A stretch of 64,000 bases of DNA from an uncultured Bacteroidales bacterium (GTDB lineage: Bacteria; Bacteroidota; Bacteroidia; Bacteroidales; FEN-979), in NCBI GenBank assembly GCA_903837605.1, contig CAILVF010000041.1, forward strand, positions 11,524-75,523. The letters are read 5' to 3'. Positions 26,548-35,300 of this stretch are shown one piece after another. Every line of letters begins with the position of its first letter. The first letter of the stretch is position 1. A model generated the notes under the pieces. That model was not told the origin of the DNA. It searched no databases and saw only the letters and a list, made by a program, of their open reading frames with translations. A program made the translations under genes and the position numbers.

Positions 26548-27288
26548 ATGAAAACAAAATATGGTTTTATCCTGGCAGTTATAATCTCATTAATAAGTAT
26601 TGATGCTTTCGCCCAGTTATCAAAGGTAATTGTATTTGCCCCAAAAGGCGAGAAATTCACCCTGTTTATTGGCGGCAGTAATCAGAACAGCCGTCCAGAA
26701 TCCAGAGTTGAGGCTGACGTCCCGGGTGGTCCGACTTTTAAAATAGTGCTAACATTCAGTGATCCGTCAATTAAAGAAATAAGCAAGCTTGTGTTCAACA
26801 AAATGAACACGACTTTTTATTACAAGGTGGATAAAAACCCTAAAGGAGTCTATGTACTTGAATCCACTTCATCAGAATGGTCTGACGTGAAAACAACACC
26901 ATCGGAAATTCCGGCGCCTGCAGCTGAAAATAAGAAAACGGCAGCATCAAAAGAAAGCGTTAAAACTGAAAAAAACACGGATGGCAAAGGTTGTTCTAAT
27001 CCCATGGAGGAATCAGCTTTTATAGCCTCCCTCGTATCGGTCTCAGCACCTCCTTTTGATCCCCCGAAACTTTCCGCCGCAAAAAAACTTGCCACTGAAC
27101 ATTGTCTGACATCAACACAAGTGAAAGAAGTAATTTATGTGTTCGACAACGAATCGACCCGGCTTACTTTTGCGAAATTTGCTTATGATCACACCTGGGA
27201 TATTCAAAATTACAGCGATGTCGCCGATGCCCTTCATTCCTCTAAATCGAAAAAGGACCTGGAAGATTACATTAACTCCAAAAAATGA
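26548..27288 (+). CDS. Secreted DUF4476-like protein
   Basis: The start is set at MKTKYGFILAVIISLISIDAFAQ. The C-terminal block MEESAFIASL...KLSAAKKLATEHCLTSTQVKEVIYVFDNESTRLTFAKFAYDH resembles DUF4476. Confidence 0.65.
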   Translation: MKTKYGFILAVIISLISIDAFAQLSKVIVFAPKGEKFTLFIGGSNQNSRPESRVEADVPGGPTFKIVLTFSDPSIKEISKLVFNKMNTTFYYKVDKNPKGVYVLESTSSEWSDVKTTPSEIPAPAAENKKTAASKESVKTEKNTDGKGCSNPMEESAFIASLVSVSAPPFDPPKLSAAKKLATEHCLTSTQVKEVIYVFDNESTRLTFAKFAYDHTWDIQNYSDVADALHSSKSKKDLEDYINSKK

Positions 27289-27411
27289 TCAGCGGGCCGG
27301 ATTAACCCGACAGATTATCCATTTCCATAATTTCAATAAAGTACTCTCAGAAAGATTGACTACTTTCGACGCCGGATTCTGAAAAACTTATTATGACAAA
27401 TACCTGAAGCA

Positions 27412-29760
27412 ATGCATAGATCTATCAGCACGATGAGAAGTTCATTATTATTGATACTGTTTTGTATCCTGTCAGCCGGTTATTCTTTCGGGCAAACAGG
27501 CCCGGAGATATTTAAACCCGTATATTTCGACGTATCTCCCCCCTTGAGGGACCTGGTGAAGACCGTTCCCGAGAAAGCCGATAATTCCTGGAAAGTGATA
27601 CTGAACCATTTTAATGCGAAAAAAAGGCAGGGTGCGCAGTTTCCTTCCGACTGGAAAGACCCCCTGGTAAGGAATGACATTAAATTCAGAGCCACATCCC
27701 AGGATACCATTGTGGCAAATTTTGACGGCAACAGCAACGGGCAGGGATATGATCCTCCTGATGTAACCGGACAAGTTGGGCCGGATCATTATTTCGCCCT
27801 GGTGAACTGTCATTTTTCCATTTATAACAAGGCAGGAACAAAGCTATTGGGACCTGTGGGCAACTCTGTTATCTGGAACGGGATGCCTGGTAACATGAAC
27901 GGAGGTGATGGTATTGTGATGTATGATGCAGCTGCTGACCGTTGGTTTTTCTCACAGTTATCATATCCTTCGGGATATAATTATGTAATGATTGCCGTCT
28001 CTATGACGAATGATCCTACAGGCAGCTGGTATCGCTGGGAATATAGTTTTAACGGCCTGCCCGATTATCCCAAATTCGGGATTTGGCCCGACGGGTATTA
28101 TATGTCGGTTAACAGGTTCCCAAGCGGTTACGACGGCACAGGACAGGCGGTTTTTGACCGCGCGGCCATGATTGCAGGTAATGCATCAGCACAAATGCTG
28201 TATTTCACACTACCGGCATCAAACAATGCGTATTCCTTGCTTCCCTCGAGTTGTGACGGGGCATTTCCACCCACCGGGACTCCGAATTATTTTGTTTATA
28301 TGAATGAATTCCCTCCCTATCTTGGAGTGTTTGAGTTTCATGTTGACTGGTCGAATCCATCAAATTCCACATTCGGGAATGAGCTTCGGTTGCCAGTATC
28401 TGCCTTCAATTCAAACCTGGGCGGGATACCTCAGAAAGGGACAACCACACCGGCTGAAGTCCTCTCTGACCGCCTGATGTACAGGTTGCAGTTTCGCAAA
28501 TTCAGCGACCACTGGTCAATGGTTTGCAATCATACTGTGAATGCCGGATCAAACATTGCCGGTGTTCGCTGGTATGAGATGCAGAAACCCAACGGGAATC
28601 CCTGGAATGTATACCAGCAGTCAACATATGCCCCGGGTGACGGGAATTGCCGCTGGATGGCAAGTACAGCAATGGATACTGCCAATAACATAGCTCTCGG
28701 TTTCTCAATTTCTAGCAGTACCATGTTTCCTTCCATAAAATATGCGGGAAGGATGAAGAATGACGTACTGAATACGATGCCGCTTCCCGAAAGGGGAATC
28801 GTATACGGCACCGGGTCCAATACCTCCATGGATGGGGGGAGTACCTGCCGCTGGGGAGATTACAGCTCCATGACCGTCGATCCCTCTGACGGCACCACGT
28901 TCTGGTATACCCAGCAGTATTTGGCCGGCATGGGAACAAACTGGATTACAAGAATTGCATCGTTTAATTTTTTCAATATCCTGAGTGTATCAGCCACAGC
29001 CAATCCTTTTTCGACCTGCCAGGGCGACACCGCCTATCTTAACTGTCTTGTTGCAGGCGGCTCGGGTACATACTCGTATTCATGGACGTCAAACCCGGCC
29101 GGGTTTACATCAACCCTGAAAAATCCGGCAGCGGCACCCCAGGTTTCCACTACATTCATTCTTTCTGTTAGTGACGGGATAAAGACTGTAAAAGATTCCG
29201 TTCATTTAGTTGTTCATAAAAAAGCCACGGCTTTTGCCGGTAATGACACGATCTATTGTTCGTATGTGCCTGAATTTACGGTGCAAGGCAACGCTACAGA
29301 ATATAATGAAACACTATGGATGACTCTTGGTGACGGCCATTTCACCGACCCGATGAACCCGGTAACGCAATACTTTCCATGGGTCCAGGATAAATTAAAC
29401 GGTGTTGATCTGATATTCGCGGCTCATTCTGTCTCACCCTGCTCAGGTGTGTCTTATGACACTGTTCATATTTCATTTGATGAATGTACAGGTGTAAATG
29501 CGATATCACAGGATTTTACAGTCAGTATCCGGCCCAATCCTTCTAAGGGTTCGATTGACTTGCGGATGATTAATCCCGGGACAGAAACTGTAAATATTGA
29601 TATTACCGATCTGACAGGACGTGAGATTTTCAGGAAAACCTACCCCAATCCGGGTAATTATGTGAAAGACCACCTTAATCTCTCAATACCCGGGGGAATA
29701 TATTTAATGCATATCAAAACCAAAACGGTGGCCAGGACTGAAAAAATAATTATTCAATAA
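27412..29760 (+). CDS. Large secreted protein of unknown function with Ig/PKD-like modules and T9SS C-terminal sorting domain
   Basis: 782-aa ORF with a signal peptide. An uncharacterised N-terminal domain of about 500 aa (GDGIVMYDAAADRWFF, DYPKFGIWPDGYYMSVN, CRWGDYSSMTVDP). CTD IRPNPSKGSIDL...GIYLMHIKTKTVARTEKIIIQ. Confidence 0.75.
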   Translation: MHRSISTMRSSLLLILFCILSAGYSFGQTGPEIFKPVYFDVSPPLRDLVKTVPEKADNSWKVILNHFNAKKRQGAQFPSDWKDPLVRNDIKFRATSQDTIVANFDGNSNGQGYDPPDVTGQVGPDHYFALVNCHFSIYNKAGTKLLGPVGNSVIWNGMPGNMNGGDGIVMYDAAADRWFFSQLSYPSGYNYVMIAVSMTNDPTGSWYRWEYSFNGLPDYPKFGIWPDGYYMSVNRFPSGYDGTGQAVFDRAAMIAGNASAQMLYFTLPASNNAYSLLPSSCDGAFPPTGTPNYFVYMNEFPPYLGVFEFHVDWSNPSNSTFGNELRLPVSAFNSNLGGIPQKGTTTPAEVLSDRLMYRLQFRKFSDHWSMVCNHTVNAGSNIAGVRWYEMQKPNGNPWNVYQQSTYAPGDGNCRWMASTAMDTANNIALGFSISSSTMFPSIKYAGRMKNDVLNTMPLPERGIVYGTGSNTSMDGGSTCRWGDYSSMTVDPSDGTTFWYTQQYLAGMGTNWITRIASFNFFNILSVSATANPFSTCQGDTAYLNCLVAGGSGTYSYSWTSNPAGFTSTLKNPAAAPQVSTTFILSVSDGIKTVKDSVHLVVHKKATAFAGNDTIYCSYVPEFTVQGNATEYNETLWMTLGDGHFTDPMNPVTQYFPWVQDKLNGVDLIFAAHSVSPCSGVSYDTVHISFDECTGVNAISQDFTVSIRPNPSKGSIDLRMINPGTETVNIDITDLTGREIFRKTYPNPGNYVKDHLNLSIPGGIYLMHIKTKTVARTEKIIIQ

Positions 29761-29965
29761 CAAAATCTTCCCGGCTGGTCACATCAGCCTGTCAGCATTA
29801 TCAGGTTTTTACCATTTCCTTTTGAATGGCATAGGTTTACGCATTCTCGCCAGCAGGAGCAGGGGAACAATGACGTAAGGAAGGTTGACCTCAAGGTTTT
29901 AGCAGGTTCAGCAACCAATCCCCTTTTATCGCGTCATATGTTTATAAACCTCATAGATCTGCATT

Positions 29966-30691
29966 ATGGAAATATCAATTCAAGGCGTTTCAAAGAAATA
30001 CAGGGGCAATAAATTCGGTCTGAAGGATTTTAACCTGGAGCTTAAAAACGGGATCATGGGCCTGATCGGCCCAAACGGAGCCGGGAAATCGACACTGATG
30101 CGGATCCTTGCAACGATCTCAAAGCCTACCGAAGGGAAGATCACTCTTGACGGCATGGATATCGTAAAGCACCCCGATACCGTGAGAAAAATACTCGGTT
30201 ACCTTCCCCAGGATTTCGGGGTATACCCCAATCTCACAGCCATGGAATTCCTTGAATACATTGCAGCAATAAAGGGGTTCACAGGAAAAGGCCTAAAACT
30301 AAGGATTGAAGCCCTGCTCGAAGAGCTCAACCTCACTACGGTCAGGAACAGGCCGATCGGGACTTACTCGGGAGGCATGAAGCAGAGAATAGGGATCGCC
30401 CAGGTACTGCTTGGTGATCCTAAGCTGCTGATCCTCGACGAACCTACAGTAGGCCTTGATCCCGAAGAGAGGGTGCGTTTCCGTAACCTGCTTACTGAAC
30501 TGTCGGGGGAACGTATCGTTATCCTTTCATCCCATATTGTCTCAGACATTGAGACAATGGCAAACGATGTCACCATAATTTTCCAGGGCAGGGTACTTGA
30601 ACACAGCTTCTCAACGGAGAAAGGTACTTTGGAAGACACCTACCTGAATGTTATTGCATTTGCAAAAAGCGGAGGGAACCATGTTCTCTGA
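29966..30691 (+). CDS. ABC transporter ATP-binding protein (ABC-2 type)
   Basis: 241-aa ORF. Walker A GPNGAGKST, signature YSGGMKQR, Walker B LLILDEPT, and H-loop SSHIV. Confidence 0.9.
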   Translation: MEISIQGVSKKYRGNKFGLKDFNLELKNGIMGLIGPNGAGKSTLMRILATISKPTEGKITLDGMDIVKHPDTVRKILGYLPQDFGVYPNLTAMEFLEYIAAIKGFTGKGLKLRIEALLEELNLTTVRNRPIGTYSGGMKQRIGIAQVLLGDPKLLILDEPTVGLDPEERVRFRNLLTELSGERIVILSSHIVSDIETMANDVTIIFQGRVLEHSFSTEKGTLEDTYLNVIAFAKSGGNHVL

Positions 30692-32270
30692 TTACTCGGC
30701 GGGAAGTATCTATCATATCGCCAGGGCCGATTTTCTGCAGAGGACCCGCAGCTATTATTTCCTTATTGCCATCGGCGTATGTGTGTTCATCATCTATTCA
30801 TTTGTCCCTGCTCTCAATGCAGGTTATACCATAGTATCCCTGGGCAACTACCGGGGATTCTATAACTCAGCCTGGATCGGGAGCATGGTTTCAATGTGTG
30901 TTCCTTTTTTTGCCCTGATAGGCTTTTATCTTATAAACAATGCTGTAAAACGGGATTTTGATACGGGTGTGGGACAGATCATCGCGACAACGCGTATCAA
31001 CAAGGTTCAATACCTAACCGGGAAAATGTTCAGTAATTTCGCAGTACTTCTGCTGATGCTTCTGGTTATTGCAGTGATGACCATAGTGATGTTCCTGGTC
31101 AGGGGAGAAACCACACAACTGGAATTGGGTAAATTGCTGTTACCACTTCTTATCATAACAGTTCCAGCCATGTTCATTATTGCAGCCCTGGCCCTGTTTT
31201 TCGATTCATTAAGCGGTCCGGGCAGGGGATTCACTAACATCGCTTATTTCTTTGTCTGGATATTCCTGGTTTCATCAGGCATGTTGTCGCAGGCGACAGA
31301 CGTTTTCGGCGTCGATACCTGCATGCTTGAAATACAGAGATCCGTCGCTGCTGCGCATCCAGACTGGAACGGGCAGCATGGAACCGGTATTCTAATCATC
31401 GATTCAATCGGGAGGTGCAAAGTGTTTACCTGGGAAGGAATGCACTGGACTGGTTGGATCATTCTTCAACGCATTTTCTGGATGTGCGCTGCGTTTGGAT
31501 TGGTCCTGCTTGCTTCCCTGCGTTTTAACAGGTTCGATGCTTCCGGGGTAAAAGAGAAAAAGCAGAAAAAAGCCTGGTTCCAAAAGACAGGGCCTGCTGT
31601 TGCTGCAGATATCACTGCGCCACTCCGCATCAGATACCGTGATCTGCCTGCGGCTGTGGCAAGGTTCAGTTTTTTCAGCCTGGTTAAGGCTGAGTTGCAA
31701 CTTATGCTCAGGGGCAGGTCAAAGTTCTGGTTGATCCTCACTGCCGGGTTGTTCATTGCAACCGTATTTGCTCCTCTTGATTTCTCATATAAATTTGGAT
31801 TGCCCTTGCTATGGTTCCTCCAGGTGCTTATCCTTTCGAAACTGGGATGCAGGGAACTGATAAACCGCTGCAATGAATACATATTTTCAGCTGCTTTCCC
31901 GCTTCGCCGTCAGTTACCCGCAACCCTTTGCTCTGCCATTTTAGTCATGCTGTCGCTGGCTGTCCCTGTATTGTTCAGGGAATTCTTCTCAGGTAATATG
32001 TATGCTGTCTATGCCATTATTGTGGGAGCAGTCTTCATTCCTGCCTTTGCAGTCTCCTCAGGGATTATAAGCGGGGGAAGCAAATTGTTTGAAGTAGTAT
32101 TTACGATTATGGTTTATGGCATCCTGTATTCCGTCCCTTACTTTGATTTTACAGGCGGAGTCCCGGGTTCAAAGGAACTGGGCATAGCAAATTACTTGCT
32201 TGCAACTGCTTTGATCCTGGTCATCCTGTCTTTCCTGGTCAGAAAAAGGCAGATCATGCACTCGGCTTAA
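30681..32270 (+). CDS. Multi-pass ABC-2-like permease / membrane protein
   Basis: About 529 aa starting at MFSDYSAGSIYHI, overlapping the ATPase stop by 11 nt. More than 10 hydrophobic helices. No specific family recognised. Confidence 0.65.
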   Translation: MFSDYSAGSIYHIARADFLQRTRSYYFLIAIGVCVFIIYSFVPALNAGYTIVSLGNYRGFYNSAWIGSMVSMCVPFFALIGFYLINNAVKRDFDTGVGQIIATTRINKVQYLTGKMFSNFAVLLLMLLVIAVMTIVMFLVRGETTQLELGKLLLPLLIITVPAMFIIAALALFFDSLSGPGRGFTNIAYFFVWIFLVSSGMLSQATDVFGVDTCMLEIQRSVAAAHPDWNGQHGTGILIIDSIGRCKVFTWEGMHWTGWIILQRIFWMCAAFGLVLLASLRFNRFDASGVKEKKQKKAWFQKTGPAVAADITAPLRIRYRDLPAAVARFSFFSLVKAELQLMLRGRSKFWLILTAGLFIATVFAPLDFSYKFGLPLLWFLQVLILSKLGCRELINRCNEYIFSAAFPLRRQLPATLCSAILVMLSLAVPVLFREFFSGNMYAVYAIIVGAVFIPAFAVSSGIISGGSKLFEVVFTIMVYGILYSVPYFDFTGGVPGSKELGIANYLLATALILVILSFLVRKRQIMHSA

Positions 32271-32313
32271 CTAATTATAAAGGCGGCAAATAATCCAGTA
32301 TGAAATCTGCGGA

Positions 32314-35300
32314 TCATTGCTTCATAAAAGATTTCAAACGGGAGAGGTAATCCATCCTGTTTGCATCGGAAAGCTGGTAGTCAAACTGACCTAACGACTG
32401 CTGAAGATCGAAATAATCCTTCAGCAGGGAATAATAGGAATTGTTTCGCGACATGCTGCTGACAATGAACTGCTGCTGGGCATCCAGCACATCGAGTATG
32501 CTTTTTTTCCCGAGCAGGTATTGATTGGTCACCAGTTCAAGGTTTTTACGGCCGGCGGTTTCGGCTAGCAGCCATTGCTGGTGGCCGAGGTAATCCGACA
32601 TTAATGTGGTGAGGTTACTGCGGATGACCGATTCGAGCTTATCCAGCTGTGACTGACGTTCACTCCTGCGCTGGGCCAGCGTGAGACGCGCCTTCTGCAT
32701 GGTGGCGTTATTCTTCAAACCCGTAAACAGGGGGAGCTCCACCCTGGCCTGGATGTTCCATGTATCGTCAGGAGCAGGGAAGGGCCAATCAGAAGGCATG
32801 GTCTGGTATAGCCGGTTCGTATAACTTCCCGAAGCGGTGGTATTCGGAATAAACCTCGAGATATTGGCCGAACGGGCAGCGCGCTGCTGGGCGGCTATCA
32901 GGAAGTCATACTGATGTATCACCGGTGATTTGTCTTTCCCTTCCCTGACCAGGAAATTACTTAGTTTATCAAGCCTGATAGGATCTTCGAGTATGCGGTA
33001 GAACTCCGGATCGGCTATGAGAAGGCCGGAGGTCTCAAGCTCCACATCAGCCAGGTTGTATGAAACGAGATACCTCACATGGATCAGCTCAAGCAGGGTA
33101 AATACCGACTGTGTCATGGTGGAATAGGCGTTGATCACATCCTTTTTGGCTTTGGCTACTTCGATCTGCCAGCGGTAAACTTCATTTTCCCCTACTGAAC
33201 CCGATTCTTTTTTCATTTTCGAGATCTCGAGGTTCGATCTGCTGATCATCAGGTTATTGAGTAACAACATGAAATTATGCCTGTTTTCGAGAATGCTCAG
33301 ATAAGCCCTGGCCGTCTGGTTTCCGATATCCAGCTTCCGGGTGTTCAGATCTTCAACCAATGCCTGCTGGTTCGAGGCAGTGACCCTGAGGTTGGACCAG
33401 ACAGGTTCTGAATAAACCGACTGTGAGATGCTTCCGGTAGCAGATACCATCTGGGGCGCCTGGTAATTTTTACTGTCGTTCAAAGCGCCTACGACATATG
33501 CATCGAGGCTGGGAAGCAGGCTGGATCGCGCAATATCGATATTTTTAGCGCCGGCTTTCACTTCGAACTTTTTCGCGACCAAAGCCTGGTTGCTGTCTAA
33601 AGCAAGTGCCATTATCTCCCTGAGCTGAACGAACTGAACCGAAGTATCCTGTTTGAGCAGGTCAACGATGGTAGCCTCTGTAAGAATATCCCAGGAAAGT
33701 ATTTTTAATCCGAGTTTGGCAAAGGTGGTCAGGTTCAGGAAAAGCCCCCTTCCCGACAGCAGTTCAACCGGGAGGGAAGAAGCATTCTCCCCTAGCAGTA
33801 CCTGCTGTATATCGAGCGCTATTCGTTTCGAAAGCCGGTCGATAAGCCGGGGATACAATGAAGCAAGCACACCTTCCTCCACATCGCCCTGGTCAAATCC
33901 GAAACTAGGCAGCTTACGGGCCGTCAGTGAATCGACGAGCATTTTGAATTGCCCTGAGGGCATTTTAAAAAGGGCGTCCACGTAAACTGCATTGGTTTCT
34001 TTTGGCAGGGCCCTGATGATTTCCAGAGCCGAAGTATCGCAAAGGATCATATTGATCCTGACCCCGTTGATGGTGTCGAAATTGGTGAAAGGCCGGTGTT
34101 CAGGATTCAGGATGTCCATATAATCCTTGCTCACCAGGATAGACAGGTCATCGAAATTCGCGATCTTTTTCATCTCGGCGAACTCATTTTCAATAGCGGG
34201 TTTTAGCTGGATGTAAGCCAGGTTATTAACCCCGCTGCTGCCATGGTTATAAGGAATACCCTGGAGCTGGTAATTCACGACAGGGGCTGCGATCACAGGT
34301 TTTGAAAGATTTTTCCGGTGACAGAGGTCATGGGCTGCTATTATGCCGAGCGACACAATGATGTCCACCTTATTATCGGCCAGCAGCCTGTCGTTGACAG
34401 CTTTTACGCTTCCCATGGTCCATTGGCCCGTGGTGAGTTCCGCAGGCTCGGTAAACACGATATCGACCTGTCCCGACATCAGGCTTCTGATCTCCTTCTC
34501 CATGGTGGAGAGGTAAAGTGAATTTGAGCGCGCCGGGCCGTCAAATACTATGGCGACGTGCACCGCATGCATATTGAATTCGAGAGGTTTCTGCGCCTTT
34601 GCCTGGGAGTTGGCAGCCAGGGAGAAGAATATCCCCAGGAGTATGGTAACCACAGCAGGCAGGGCAGCATGCCTGCTGCGTTTCCGTTCATCGCGTTTTT
34701 CCATAAATCGGGCCACTTTTTCATAAATGATGGGAACGACCACCAGGGTAAGGAACATGGAACTGGTAAGTCCCCCGATAAGGGCCCATGCCAGTCCGTT
34801 CTTCCATTCGGCACCGGCACCTGCAGCGGTGGCGATAGGCAGCATCCCGAAGACCATCGCGAAGGTGGTCATGAAAATCGGGCGGATACGCATCCTGCCC
34901 GCGTCGATAAGAGCGTCGAATATCGATTCGCCTTCCGACCTTTTTTCATTGGTACGGTCCACGATGAGTATGGCATTCTTGGCAACCAGTCCAACCATCA
35001 TGATAATGCCCAGGATAGAGAATACGTTGATTGTATTATGGGTGAATGCCAGTGCCAGGATAGCCCCTATAAGGGCTACAGGGATTGAGAACAGCACGAC
35101 AAAGGGGTAAATAAAGGAGTCATACAGGATAACCATGATGAAATATACGAAGATCACTGCAGCGACTAGGGCTGCGAAAAGACTCAGGAAGGAAGTCATC
35201 ATCTCTTCCTGGTCACCGCCGAAGCCGATAACTGTGCCCCCGGCTTTGGCGGTTCCCAACCTTGCAGAAAATGCCTGGACCACCGAACCCGCGGGGGAGC

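Noticed and set aside
29966-32270. The ABC ATPase plus large permease pair as a possible bacteriocin-immunity or defence module
   Set aside because: No adjacent peptide, modification, regulator or nuclease genes. The architecture is consistent with an ordinary ABC-2 exporter.
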